DNA of 64,000 bases from Obrimoposthia wandeli. Lineage: Eukaryota. The translations under genes and the position numbers were made by a program. Shown here piece by piece: positions 37,044 to 48,065 of this stretch. The stretch covers positions 372,001 to 436,000 of the forward strand of contig CDROCS010000253.1 of NCBI GenBank assembly GCA_977020255.1, in the 5' to 3' direction. Positions within the stretch are counted from its first letter, which is position 1. Every line of letters starts with the position of its first letter. A model generated the notes under the pieces. The model was not told the origin of the DNA. It saw nothing but the letters and a program-made list of their open reading frames with translations, and searched no databases.

Positions 37044-38482
37044 TGTTCAATACTCGGTATTGTTATTAGTATTGCTTTGCCTGTCGAGGTATCAATTTTC
37101 TCATCTTTAATCGTTGGAAAATCAAAAGACAGCTCTATTATTGTTGATCTAGCGTTGTTCGCTTTAATGACTGATTTTTGTTTGTCTGTCCCAATACGTT
37201 TTAAACCATCGGAGATAGACACGTAATAGCCTTCGTTTATGTATGACAACATTTGATCTAGCTCATCAAAGTCTGCATCTTGTGGTAAGTCAGTAATGTA
37301 ACGACCTATCGTGCTACTTGGACTATGAAGTTTTAAAGGTTTGGCGACGTTGAAAAGTTGCTGGCATAAGCGGTATGGCGTCGCATCAATAATGATGCCA
37401 TCGGGTAACAGCGATTCATTCAACGCCAACAGCCTACTTTGGTGATAATCCGAGCCATTGATTGAATAGGTATATACTTTCATTCTTAATCGATTCGCTC
37501 GACCTTTCACATAAGTCGCATTCGCATAACTTCGAATATCCATGTGTAAACCAGAGTTTGAACCCAGTTTTATTTGTAAATTATCCAGTGCTGATAACGA
37601 CGTATAGTCTTTATATTTCCGGCTATATCTTCGTGTACCATAGTTACCAACTGCTTCAATATTTTTGCTGTAAAGTTTATATAGTTCATCATTTTTAACC
37701 CCTTTCCTCAGATCTCTTTTTAGTTTTGCGATACTGTCTGGGTGAGAGCCTTGAATAAAACCTAAATAGACTGCTGCGTTAATACCACGTAGTTTTTTTA
37801 AGGTATCGAGGTTTAATGAGGAATAGTAAAATGAATTTTGTCCAATGGTTTTTCGTAACATATAGTCTAGTTGGGCTAGCTCTGCACCATTAGCTTTGCT
37901 CTTAACTTCAACATTGAGTACTTGTCCTGGTTTACGGTATTTGGCAAAGGCAGTAAAAGATTCGTAAGCAGTAATAGGACGCTGTTCGAGTAAATTATTG
38001 CTTTCTTTATCTCTTAAGCGTAATCCGGAAAACGTTTTATCTGACATTTTGCGCATGTTATAGCTTTTGCCACTATAGTGGACAACCGCTCGGCCAGTAT
38101 CCATGTCATGGTGGTTTACCCACAAACCACTTTTAATTTGCATCACATCAATTTCAACAGTATCAAAATTATCAGTAACGGCACCGGTAATTGCTCGTAA
38201 GCTACTTTCAGGCTCTCTAAAGTCACCACGATGAGCAACAATATCAATATCACACTGTTGAGTAGATAACAGTTTTACCCGCCCTTCGCTCGACATATAT
38301 AGATTTCTATCTTTTAGTGAAAGCTGTAGATCGACAATGTCCTTTCCTATCAACTTTGCATCATAGGGAAAAGATCGTAATTGCTGGGGAATTTCAACTG
38401 TTGCTGTGTTTTTAGGTAACGACTGACAACCCGCTAATAACAAAAGTATTGAGAATTTTAAGAATCTTTTTCGAAAAAACAA
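37040..38482 (-). CDS. Glycerophosphodiester phosphodiesterase (GDPD) family lipoprotein
   Basis: LLAG-C lipobox; IVAHRG..EPESS, VEIDV, NHHD, LNVEVK motifs; ATGA overlap with next gene. Confidence 0.85.
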   Translation of the reverse strand: MFFRKRFLKFSILLLLAGCQSLPKNTATVEIPQQLRSFPYDAKLIGKDIVDLQLSLKDRNLYMSSEGRVKLLSTQQCDIDIVAHRGDFREPESSLRAITGAVTDNFDTVEIDVMQIKSGLWVNHHDMDTGRAVVHYSGKSYNMRKMSDKTFSGLRLRDKESNNLLEQRPITAYESFTAFAKYRKPGQVLNVEVKSKANGAELAQLDYMLRKTIGQNSFYYSSLNLDTLKKLRGINAAVYLGFIQGSHPDSIAKLKRDLRKGVKNDELYKLYSKNIEAVGNYGTRRYSRKYKDYTSLSALDNLQIKLGSNSGLHMDIRSYANATYVKGRANRLRMKVYTYSINGSDYHQSRLLALNESLLPDGIIIDATPYRLCQQLFNVAKPLKLHSPSSTIGRYITDLPQDADFDELDQMLSYINEGYYVSISDGLKRIGTDKQKSVIKANNARSTIIELSFDFPTIKDEKIDTSTGKAILITIPSIEQ

Positions 38483-39087
38483 TATATTCTTCCTTGAGAG
38501 TTGAGCAACCTATATGCTGTTTGGACACATATTTTGAGTTATACGAGCAATGTTTTTATTATCTGGTGATTGCTATAATGAGGATGATTGATACATGATG
38601 ACTATGGTCACATTACCGTCCCTATCAGATCCGGACAGCCGTCGTATATGCAAAGAGCATGAAAGCAATAACATTCAATTATTGTTTAACCTCTTTCTGT
38701 TTTAATTAAGAATGTCTCAGTTCAATTTATTATTTGTATTTAATAAAGTTAAACGCTAAAAACACTCTTATAAAAAAGATTAATATAATAATTATTCAAC
38801 TAGAGTACAACTAAAAAGTATAATATATAGTGACATAGTTAATTTTATTAGAGGCGTTAAATATAAACCCTTTCATAAATCTCATCACTATCGAAACAAT
38901 GTATCTATTGGTGTATCACGTTTTAATTTTTTAAATTTCGTAAGTAATAATTAAGTTAGAGCCTAACAAAAGTAAAATAAGCCTAAATATATTTCCTAAT
39001 GAAAATTACACTAGATTTATTCATTGAGAGTAGAAGGTTTTAAAGGAGGTTTGGAATTTAACTATATGATTTGAAAATATTTTAGAA

Positions 39088-39136
39088 AACCGCCTAAACA
39101 TTTATAAATATAGAAAGTATAAATATTCAGGCGGTT
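39088..39136 (-). terminator. Long stem-loop downstream of rnpB
   Basis: AACCGCCT...TTTATA / TATAAA...AGGCGGTT inverted repeat. Confidence 0.55.
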
Positions 39137-39145
39137 ACCAAAATT

Positions 39146-39589
39146 AGTGAGCTGACACTATAAGCCGGGTTTTGTATCTCTTCCTAAGAAAAGTGACAAT
39201 CATTCGTCTAGGCCTTAAATCGCTCTAAGGCTCAAGCAACCTACCCGGTTTCCACGCGAACCACGCTTATATTATTGAAACTTGCGTTTTAATAATCATG
39301 AAACCCTATTTGGTCTTGCTCCAGGTGGAGTTTACCCTGCAATTACTGTTACCAGCAATCCGGTGCGCTCTTACCGCACCCTTTCAGCCTTACCTGTGCT
39401 TCTTTACTTATAAATAAGGAAGGAAGCCATCGGCGGTCTTCTCTCTGCTGCACTTGTCGTCGGCTTACGCCGCCCAGGCGTTACCTGGCACCCTGTTCAT
39501 TGGAGCCCGGACTTTCCTCCCCCTCATCTGTCTACATCAAACCTAAATTTGAAATACAACGATAAAGCAGCGATTGTCTGGTCAACTCG
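39146..39589 (-). ncRNA. rnpB: RNase P RNA, bacterial type A
   Basis: Minus strand has GACCAGACAATCGCTG, GAGGAAAGTCCGGGCTC, GGGTGCCAGGTAACGCCTGG, GGGTGCGGTAAGAGCGCACC, GGTAAACTCCACC, AAAACCCGGCTTAT; ends approximate. Confidence 0.97.
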
Positions 39590-39843
39590 GCGCGCATTCT
39601 ACCTTATTCAGTGAAAATGTCTATGTTCTTTATGCAATAAACAAGGATGATTCACTTTATTTGAGCTTAAAGGCTTGTTATACCAGTTTCATTAATTAGG
39701 TGATCTATTTTATACGCAGGAAAAATGGCAAAATACAAGGCATTTATTTTAATAACTAGTTGTTCTAATTCTTAAATAAATAACGAAGTAGTTGGTTATT
39801 TTAACCAGTAGAAATGATCACATAGTTAGTGAGATTGGTATTA

Positions 39844-40695
39844 CTAAACCTTTAGACTTAAAGCAACTTCATATAAAGCATTTTTCTTCACGCCGTAAAT
39901 TTCAGCGGCGATTGCACAGGCTTTTTTAGGTTTCATTTCACTGAGTAACAACTTAAGGGTATTAACAACTTCAGCAGATATCTCGTTTTCATCCGCTTTA
40001 TAACCTTCGATGATTAACACCATTTCACCTTTTAGCTGATTAGTATCTTGTTCAAGCCAAACCAGAAAATTTTCAGCACTATCACTATGAACAGTTTCAA
40101 ACGTTTTAGTTAGCTCTCTGGCAATGACGATGTAACGTTCACCGCCTAGCGTTGTCACAATATCTCGAACAGTATCTATTGCACGGCGTGGCGCATCATA
40201 GAACACCATAGTACGTGGTTCTTCCGCCAGCGCTTGTAACGTTGCTTGTCTTGCACCTGATTTAGAAGGTAAAAAACCTTCAAAGCTGAATCTATCCGTC
40301 GGTAATCCTGCAACAGATAATGCTGAAATGGCAGCACAAGCACCAGGAATAGGAGAGACATTAAGGCCAAGGCTTCGGCAATGTCGTACTAGATGAAAAC
40401 CAGGATCGCTGATTAAGGGTGTTCCAGCGTCAGAGACAAGCGCAATCGTTTTGCCTTCTTGTAACATGCTAGCCACTTGGTCTTGACGTTGACGTTCATT
40501 ATGGTCATGCAATGACATGGTTTTGTTTTTAATAGAATAGGCCGACAGCAGTTTTCCGGTATGGCGAGTATCTTCACAAGCAATAACATCAACGTGCGTT
40601 AATACATCAATTGCTCTTTGGCTGATATCGCCTAAGTTACCAATTGGGGTTGCGACAATATAAAGAGTCGCTGGGGTTAGGGTTATTTCACTCAT
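39844..40695 (-). CDS. rsmI: 16S rRNA C1402 2'-O-methyltransferase
   Basis: LYIVATPIGNL, ACEDTRHT, VSDAGTPLISDPG, ELTKTFE. Confidence 0.97.
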   Translation of the reverse strand: MSEITLTPATLYIVATPIGNLGDISQRAIDVLTHVDVIACEDTRHTGKLLSAYSIKNKTMSLHDHNERQRQDQVASMLQEGKTIALVSDAGTPLISDPGFHLVRHCRSLGLNVSPIPGACAAISALSVAGLPTDRFSFEGFLPSKSGARQATLQALAEEPRTMVFYDAPRRAIDTVRDIVTTLGGERYIVIARELTKTFETVHSDSAENFLVWLEQDTNQLKGEMVLIIEGYKADENEISAEVVNTLKLLLSEMKPKKACAIAAEIYGVKKNALYEVALSLKV

Positions 40696-40734
40696 TGATA
40701 CTTACTTCACTCGATTTGGCGTTTATATTTAACG

Positions 40735-40935
40735 TATACCCATGTCACCTCAAGATGCAGGATTCAGCTGGAATTAGAAACGCTTTTAGGCAAGGCATTG
40801 ATTGAAGAGAATGGTATTCCCTTGTCGAAATCAATAACGATGGATAAAGCGTTTCTAAACCAGCCCTTCGGGGACGCCTGAGCAAATCATGTTCAAGGCG
40901 TTCTGAAACGAGCATCTTGAAGTGGCTTGGGTATA
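40735..40935. mobile_element. MITE/ERIC-like intergenic repeat, copy 1
   Basis: TA-bounded terminal inverted repeats TATACCCATGTCACCTCAAGATGC / GCATCTTGAAGTGGCTTGGGTATA; internal AGGCAAGGC core. Confidence 0.8.
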
Positions 40936-41069
40936 TATTAGTTGTGACTCACTTCGTAGGCGTTTATTATAACCCCATACTGACAGCAATATGCACGGAT
41001 TTATTTATTGTGGTAAAAATAGCGTCCTTACTTGTAAGATTAAAGCCAACAAGAGTAAATTACTTTTCA

Positions 41070-43112
41070 ATGAATTTTCATCATATTAAATCTCGAGTGT
41101 TACCCACTCTGTTACTTACCTTTCTTGCTAGTTGTAGTACTAAGCAAGTTCCCGACCCGACAACACAGACTCAAGCAGACACTCAAATTGAGGAGCTTGC
41201 TGTCGATGCTGGCGCGCTATCTGCTGAGCAACATATTGCCAGGGCTAAAACGTTAGATACAAATGCCGCAGTAAGTGAATTACTTATTGCGACTAAACTT
41301 TTTTATCAACAAAAAAATTATCCAAAAGCGCTTTGGCTTGCTGATAAAGCACTGCCGCTGATTGATGAAGATGTAATTAATGCTATCCAAGAGAAAATAC
41401 AACTGACTCTAATTAAAGCGAGTAGTTTGCAGCAGCTTGGTTATTACACTGAAAGTCATTTACAACTCAAGCAACTTGAACAATACGCTGATGAAAATAA
41501 AATACGACTTACCGCGACATATTACCGATTATTAAGTGTTGCATTTCATCAGGAAAAACAGCCGATATCCGCTTTAAATGCCCAGTTATTCGCTTTTTCA
41601 GCAACTCCGGCTAACGCGAGAAATACACAGCAAATAATTGATATTTGGCATAATTTTCAAAGCCTATCTCAATGGCAACTGAGCTTGCTTGCTTTGGATA
41701 AAGCTCCTGACAGTAAAGGTTGGTTAATGTTAACCCACTTAGCGAATAAGTTTGGTGGCAATCAAGCGCAAATGAAATATCATCTGAGCATATGGCAAAA
41801 AAAATTCAAAACCCACCCTGGTAATGTCGTCGCAAAACAACTTTCAACTCAAGTTATCTCTCCAAAAATCATTAAAAATATTGCTGTGATCCTGCCATTA
41901 AGTGGCAAACAACAGTCAGCTGGGCGAGCAATACAACAAGGTATTTTGGCTAGTTTTGCTAACGATGAAGCTAAAACTTTGCATTTTGTCGATAGTAATA
42001 CAGTCAACTGGTACGGCTTAACCAATGATTTGACAACATTAAAAATAGATTATGTCATTGGACCATTGCTTAAATCTAATGTAGGCAAGTACATCAAACA
42101 CACAAGTGTACAAACACAATCACAAAATGATCACATGCTCAATGCTAGTTCCGGCTTATTTGATATCAATAAAGCCGAGGGCATTGTAGACACATCAGTA
42201 AAAAATGAAGATGAAGCCGTTGATTATATCACTGCTATCGACAGCGAGTCGGCGATAAAAAGCTATTTAGAGCCAACAAAAAATAACAAAGCCATCGATA
42301 CTTTACTGTTAAACACCCCTGCAAAAGCTGCTTTAACCAGTCAGCATACTGTGTTTTCGATGCGCCCAGAAGATGAAGCTGAACAAGCGGCAGCAACGCT
42401 GAGTCGCCAAAGTTTTCAGCACCCTGTTGTCTTAAGTCAAAAAAATATTGTCAGTAAACGAATTGCTCAAGCCTTTGTCAAACAGTGGCTGCGAATAACA
42501 GGTAATCTAATTGAGGTTGTATATTACGATACCGGCGCTCAAATGCAGGCTAATATTAAAGCCATTTTATCGGTTGATAAGAGTAAGGATCGCATTACTA
42601 AGCTCAAAAGCCGATTAAATCAAAGTATTAAAGCCAAAACCCGTAATCGACGCGATGTTGATATGATTTATCTTGTTGGTACTCCTGAACAAACGCGTTT
42701 AGTAAAGCCTTATATAGAGGTAAATATAAGTGAGTTTGCTGAAATTATTCCTGTTTATGCTAGCTCGCGCAGCCACAGTACACAAACCGATTATAGTAGT
42801 AATAGTGACTTACAAGGACTAACCTTTACCGAAATCCCCTGGTTATTAACCAGTGAGCAAAACACAGCGTTAGCAAGACTTAGCCAACAACTTTGGCCAA
42901 AGCGCAGTGATGGCTTATCACGTCTTTTCGCCATGGGATATGACAGCTACCAGCTCATTAATAAAATTCCTTTAATGCAACAAGCTCCTTATCTGCAGCA
43001 CTGGGGGAAAACGGGTGTGTTAAAGCTGAATGAAAATAGCGTTTTGACTCGAAGCTTACTTTGGGCTGTTTACAAGAAAAATAAGGTGGTTGCTATTGCT
43101 ATGGAAAAATAA
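41070..43112 (+). CDS. lpoA: Penicillin-binding protein activator LpoA
   Basis: FLAS-C lipobox at ATG 41070 (the ORF-track start lies inside the MITE); IAVILPLSG, RRDVDMIY, LFAMGYD; synteny rsmI-lpoA-yraN. Confidence 0.93.
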   Translation: MNFHHIKSRVLPTLLLTFLASCSTKQVPDPTTQTQADTQIEELAVDAGALSAEQHIARAKTLDTNAAVSELLIATKLFYQQKNYPKALWLADKALPLIDEDVINAIQEKIQLTLIKASSLQQLGYYTESHLQLKQLEQYADENKIRLTATYYRLLSVAFHQEKQPISALNAQLFAFSATPANARNTQQIIDIWHNFQSLSQWQLSLLALDKAPDSKGWLMLTHLANKFGGNQAQMKYHLSIWQKKFKTHPGNVVAKQLSTQVISPKIIKNIAVILPLSGKQQSAGRAIQQGILASFANDEAKTLHFVDSNTVNWYGLTNDLTTLKIDYVIGPLLKSNVGKYIKHTSVQTQSQNDHMLNASSGLFDINKAEGIVDTSVKNEDEAVDYITAIDSESAIKSYLEPTKNNKAIDTLLLNTPAKAALTSQHTVFSMRPEDEAEQAAATLSRQSFQHPVVLSQKNIVSKRIAQAFVKQWLRITGNLIEVVYYDTGAQMQANIKAILSVDKSKDRITKLKSRLNQSIKAKTRNRRDVDMIYLVGTPEQTRLVKPYIEVNISEFAEIIPVYASSRSHSTQTDYSSNSDLQGLTFTEIPWLLTSEQNTALARLSQQLWPKRSDGLSRLFAMGYDSYQLINKIPLMQQAPYLQHWGKTGVLKLNENSVLTRSLLWAVYKKNKVVAIAMEK

Positions 43113-43485
43113 AACCTCAACTAAAGACACAACCAGTACCGATAAAGGGCAGATTACTGAAAGCTATGCACAGCAGTACTTGTCTAAGCAAGGGCTAAGA
43201 CTTATTGAAAGAAACTTTCACTCGCGTCAAGGTGAAATTGATCTCATTATGCTTGATGGCGAGACCTATGTTTTTGTTGAAGTAAAATATCGTAAAAGCA
43301 AAGGCTTTGGTGGTGCTATTGCGGCTATTTCAGCGAGTAAACAAAAAAAGGTTAAACATTGCATCACATTTTATCTACATCAAAGCGGCTTAAATGAATA
43401 TAATACCCCCTGTCGTGTTGATGTAGTGGCCCTTGAAGGCGATATTAATCAGCCACAAGTTACGTGGTTAAAAAATGCCTTTTAG
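43090..43485 (+). CDS. yraN: YraN family (UPF0102) endonuclease-like protein
   Basis: KGQITE, RNFHSRQGEIDLIM, VFVEVKYR, CRVDVV. Confidence 0.93.
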   Translation: MLLLWKNKTSTKDTTSTDKGQITESYAQQYLSKQGLRLIERNFHSRQGEIDLIMLDGETYVFVEVKYRKSKGFGGAIAAISASKQKKVKHCITFYLHQSGLNEYNTPCRVDVVALEGDINQPQVTWLKNAF

Positions 43486-43513
43486 CCTTTTACTCATTAC
43501 CCATTATAAATAG

Positions 43514-44122
<609 letters not shown>

Positions 44123-44731
44123 ATGCTTATTCTTAATAATAGTTTATCTGTCTTAGCCAATAAAAAATTAGCACAAATTGCTGGTCTGCTTATGCTCGCT
44201 TCCGCGTTGCAAGGTTGTGCTGTTGCCACTGTGGTTGCCGTTACAGCAGGCGCTACTATGGTGGCCGATAGACGGACTTTTAGTAAGCAAATTGACGACC
44301 AAAGTATTGAGTTTATCGCCCATAATGAATTGAATAAACAAAAGGCATTGTCTAACAATACTAATTTACATGTGGTTAGTATGAATGGCACTGTTTTAGT
44401 AATCGGGCAAGCATCTAACAGCTACCTGAGAGATCTTGCTATAAAAACAATTCAGGATGTTCCTGATATTGTTACCATACACAATCAGGTTCGTATTGGC
44501 TCGACTACCGCTATAACCACACAAAGTAATGATATTTGGCTAACCTCTAAGGTCAAATCAGCTTTACTGACCAATGGTGAAGTAAATGCAAAAGATATTA
44601 AAGTTGTCACTGAGAATTCTGAAGTATTTCTTATGGGCTTGGTAACAAAAAAAGAAGCAAATATTGTGGTAGAAATCACGCGTAACATTAATGGTGTCAG
44701 TCGTGTATTTAAGGCCTTTGAATATATCTAA
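44123..44731 (+). CDS. dolP: Division/outer-membrane stress lipoprotein with two BON domains
   Basis: ALQG-C lipobox, DRRT, two BON domains. Confidence 0.9.
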   Translation: MLILNNSLSVLANKKLAQIAGLLMLASALQGCAVATVVAVTAGATMVADRRTFSKQIDDQSIEFIAHNELNKQKALSNNTNLHVVSMNGTVLVIGQASNSYLRDLAIKTIQDVPDIVTIHNQVRIGSTTAITTQSNDIWLTSKVKSALLTNGEVNAKDIKVVTENSEVFLMGLVTKKEANIVVEITRNINGVSRVFKAFEYI

Positions 44732-44764
44732 CGCTTATTTATCTAAGCTGAAATTAAGACATAA

Positions 44765-44801
44765 AAAAACCTGTAGATATCAACGATATTTACAGGTTTT
44801 T
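44765..44801. terminator. Bidirectional terminator
   Basis: AAAAACCTGTA...TACAGGTTTTT between convergent dolP and sspB. Confidence 0.8.
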
Positions 44802-44829
44802 AATTTTAATAATACTAACTAGCTTAAAA

Positions 44830-45309
44830 CTATTTAATAATTTTTAGGCTAGCTTTACTTTTTCCTTTAGGCTTGTTCGACTTTTCTGTCTCACTACCCG
44901 TTGAAGCAACACTACTTAAAGTAGACTTTGGTTTTTCAGGGATCACATCAACCATATCATCTTCATCCACAATAGGATGTTCGATTGGCAGTGAAGTCCC
45001 CGCGCCATTTTCTTTGGCATATATAGCACCTACAGCACCATAAGGTACGGTAATGTGCTCTAACTTACCGCCAAAACGGGCACTGAACTCAATGGCTTTA
45101 TCACCCAATGCAATCGTACCAACAGCTGAACCGGCAATATTTAATACTATCTGCCCGTCAGCAACATAACTTATCGGCACTAATACACCGTAAACATTGA
45201 CGTCTACCATGATGTATGGCGTTAGGTCATTGTCTGAAATCCACTCATAGAAAGCCTTAACTAAATAAGGCTTATTCGAGCTCATTGAGCTAGGTGTTGC
45301 GTCATCCAT
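44830..45309 (-). CDS. sspB: ClpXP adaptor SspB
   Basis: KPYLVKAFYEWISDNDLTPY, ARFGG, AIYAKENGAG, C-terminal LKIIK. Confidence 0.95.
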   Translation of the reverse strand: MDDATPSSMSSNKPYLVKAFYEWISDNDLTPYIMVDVNVYGVLVPISYVADGQIVLNIAGSAVGTIALGDKAIEFSARFGGKLEHITVPYGAVGAIYAKENGAGTSLPIEHPIVDEDDMVDVIPEKPKSTLSSVASTGSETEKSNKPKGKSKASLKIIK

Positions 45310-45950
45310 TAGGCTGGATGACCAAAGCGTAATTCACGTTCTTCTTCTGTTAATGACGCTTGAAATGACTCACGTTCAAACACACGTAACATATACGTTT
45401 TAAGTTCTTTTGAACCTTGACCATTCAATTCAATACCAAATACAGGCAAACGCCATAATAATGGTGCTAAATAACAATCAACCAAGCTGTACTCTTCACT
45501 CATAAAGTAAGGAGCTTCATTCAAAATCGGTGCAATGCTTAACAAGCTATCTTTCAATTCTTGACGCGCTTTTGCTGCTTCTGTTGCAGTGCCAGACATG
45601 ATCACTTTAGTAAGGCTATACCAATCTTGTTCCATGCGGTGCATCAATAAGCGACTACGACCACGTGCCACAGGATATACAGGCATCAATGGTGGATGAG
45701 GAAAACGCTCATCTAAATATTCAACAATGATTTTAGCTTCATATAACGCTAATTCACGATCAATTAAAGTCGGTACTGTCCCATATGGATTCAAGTCCAA
45801 TAGGTCTTCAGGCAAGTTAGCTAAATCAACTAAGTTGATGTCAACACCAACACCTTTTTCTGCTAAAACAATGCGTGTCTGATGACTATACATATCATCG
45901 GCATGAGAGAACAACGTCATCACAGAGCGTTTATTTGCTGCTACGGCCAT
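45309..45950 (-). CDS. sspA: Stringent starvation protein A
   Basis: MAVAANKRSVMTLFS, NPYGTVPTL, DERFPHPPLMPVYPV. Confidence 0.97.
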   Translation of the reverse strand: MAVAANKRSVMTLFSHADDMYSHQTRIVLAEKGVGVDINLVDLANLPEDLLDLNPYGTVPTLIDRELALYEAKIIVEYLDERFPHPPLMPVYPVARGRSRLLMHRMEQDWYSLTKVIMSGTATEAAKARQELKDSLLSIAPILNEAPYFMSEEYSLVDCYLAPLLWRLPVFGIELNGQGSKELKTYMLRVFERESFQASLTEEERELRFGHPA

Positions 45951-45974
45951 AAAGCCTCCTAAAAAAACTAACAA

Positions 45975-46008
45975 AGGGGAATTTGATATTTTACTATCAA
46001 ATTCCCCT
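45975..46008 (-). terminator. Stem-loop after petC
   Basis: AGGGGAATTTGATA-loop-TATCAAATTCCCCT. Confidence 0.7.
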
Positions 46009-46029
46009 GAAATTTATTGCATTTATAAC

Positions 46030-46788
46030 TTAGTGTACGTCTTTCCAATATTCTTTCTTAAGGAAATAAGAAATAATAAAGAAGAAGAATAAGAAAGCTA
46101 ATACCCAATAACCAAGTGCTTTACGCTCAAGTTTATTTGGTTCGCCAACATATTCTAAGAAGTTTGTTAAGTCACGTACAACTACATCATACTCTTCAGC
46201 AGTTAAACTACCACCCATTGCTGGTGATAAGCTAGATACTTCATGCTCTTCGCCGTGTTCATCAAGTTCTTTATGTACAACTAAAGTACTTACACCTTGC
46301 AAACTTTGTAAAACATGCGGCATACCAACATCTTTAAATACGGTGTTGTTCACGTCAAATGGACGTGATTCATCAATATAAAAAGAACGTAAATAAGTAT
46401 AGATCCAATCAGGACTACGTAAACGTGCTTCCAATGTTAAATCTGGTGGCGCGCTACCAAACCATTTTGCCGCTTCATTTTCCGGCATGGTATTTAGAAT
46501 ATGACCACCAATTTTGTCACCTGTAGGCATGAAGTTAGCAACGCCATCATCTTTATCAATACCTAAATCGTCAAAAGTACGATTGTAACGCTGGTATTGT
46601 AACTGATGACAGCCTAGACAATAGTTAAGATATGTTGTAAAACCTTTTTTCAAAGACTCTTTATCAGATAAATCATTATTAGCTTTATCTAGATGAATAC
46701 TAGGGCCTGAGGCAACAGCGGTGAACGACAAAAGTGTCGTTACGCTGAAAAGAATGCCGAAAGTAGCGGCTATAATTAATTTTTTCAT
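46030..46788 (-). CDS. petC: Cytochrome c1
   Basis: CLGCH haem motif, PPDL, C-terminal TM and EYWKDVH. Confidence 0.97.
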   Translation of the reverse strand: MKKLIIAATFGILFSVTTLLSFTAVASGPSIHLDKANNDLSDKESLKKGFTTYLNYCLGCHQLQYQRYNRTFDDLGIDKDDGVANFMPTGDKIGGHILNTMPENEAAKWFGSAPPDLTLEARLRSPDWIYTYLRSFYIDESRPFDVNNTVFKDVGMPHVLQSLQGVSTLVVHKELDEHGEEHEVSSLSPAMGGSLTAEEYDVVVRDLTNFLEYVGEPNKLERKALGYWVLAFLFFFFIISYFLKKEYWKDVH

Positions 46789-48065
46789 TAGTCTGCAATC
46801 CTCTCAGGTACTGGTTTAGTATTTTCGTTTTTGCTGTAGAACCACAAAGCAATAAAGAAACCAAAATAACCAAAACTAGCAATTACACCAATTAAATTAG
46901 CCGTTGGTGTTGCTGGCATAGTACCTAAAGCGCCAAGAACAACGAAACAAATAGCGAATTGTATTAAGTTAACTAAGTGTAACTTTGAACGATAACGAAC
47001 AGATTTAACTACGCCACGATCGAACCATGGTAAAGCAAACAACATCACGATAGCGCCAAACATAGCAACTGCACCTAATAACTTATCAGGAACAACACGT
47101 AAAATAGTGTAGAACGGACCAAAATACCATACTGGTGCAATATGCTCAGGTGTTTTCAAACCATTAGCAGGAGTAAAGTTTGGTGCTTCCATAAAGTAGC
47201 CACCGCCCTCTGGTGCGAAGAACATCACCCAACAGAATAAAAATAAGAAACCGGCAACGCCCATAATATCTTTTACAGAATAATAAGGGTGGAAAGGTAC
47301 CGCATCGACAATATCGTATTTTTCACTATATTGTTTATGGAAAGTAAATTTACTTAATTCTTCAGGTTTAACACTGCCTTTAGGCTTTTTAATGTCAATA
47401 CCTTCAGGGTTATTCGAACCAACTTCATGTAAAGCAAGAATATGCAAGAACACTAAAACAACCAATACAAGAGGCATCGCAATAACGTGTAAAGCGAAGA
47501 AGCGGTTTAATGTAGCACCTGATATAACGTAATCACCACGTATCCAAAGTGTTAAATCATCACCAATAATTGGCACGGCGCCAAATAAAGAAATAATAAC
47601 CTGTGCACCCCAATATGACATATTACCCCAAGGTAATAAGTAACCCATGAAGGCTTCAGCCATTAAGACTAAGAAGATCAACATACCGAAGATCCATAGT
47701 AATTCACGAGGCTTTTGGTATGAACCGTACATAAGACCACGCATCATGTGCATGTATACGACGACGAAAAAGGCAGACGCTCCAGTAGAATGCATATAAC
47801 GTAATAACCAACCGAAGTCGACATCACGCATAATGTACTCTACAGATGCAAAGGCACCATCGCCAGATGGCTCATAGTTCATTGTTAACCAAATACCAGT
47901 AACAATTTGGTTAACCAGTACTAACATGGCTAAAGAGCCAAAAAAGTACCAAAAATTAAAGTTTTTTGGTGCAGGATACTGAGCTAAATGTTTATTCCAA
48001 GCATCAGTTACAGGTAAACGTTTATCAATCCAGCCCATGAAGTCAGTCGCTAATTTCATTAACAT
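46788..48065 (-). CDS. petB: Cytochrome b
   Basis: RYMHSTGAS, GYLLPWG, RFFALH, PEHIAPVWYF. Confidence 0.98.
   Translation of the reverse strand: MLMKLATDFMGWIDKRLPVTDAWNKHLAQYPAPKNFNFWYFFGSLAMLVLVNQIVTGIWLTMNYEPSGDGAFASVEYIMRDVDFGWLLRYMHSTGASAFFVVVYMHMMRGLMYGSYQKPRELLWIFGMLIFLVLMAEAFMGYLLPWGNMSYWGAQVIISLFGAVPIIGDDLTLWIRGDYVISGATLNRFFALHVIAMPLVLVVLVFLHILALHEVGSNNPEGIDIKKPKGSVKPEELSKFTFHKQYSEKYDIVDAVPFHPYYSVKDIMGVAGFLFLFCWVMFFAPEGGGYFMEAPNFTPANGLKTPEHIAPVWYFGPFYTILRVVPDKLLGAVAMFGAIVMLFALPWFDRGVVKSVRYRSKLHLVNLIQFAICFVVLGALGTMPATPTANLIGVIASFGYFGFFIALWFYSKNENTKPVPERIAD

Noticed and set aside
38600-38660. Possible c-di-GMP or other riboswitch upstream of the GDPD operon
   Set aside because: Only a short hairpin; the conserved riboswitch motifs could not be identified by eye
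1600-39100. Prophage, ICE or integrative island
   Set aside because: No integrase, transposase, phage or conjugation genes and no att-like direct repeats seen; the Tad ATPase and secretin are pilus components, not conjugative
40917-41069. N-terminal extension of LpoA in the ORF track
   Set aside because: Starts inside the MITE; the lipoprotein signal begins at ATG 41070
42090-42300. ~60-aa insertion in the LpoA C-terminal domain
   Set aside because: Variable low-complexity insertions at this position are known in LpoA proteins
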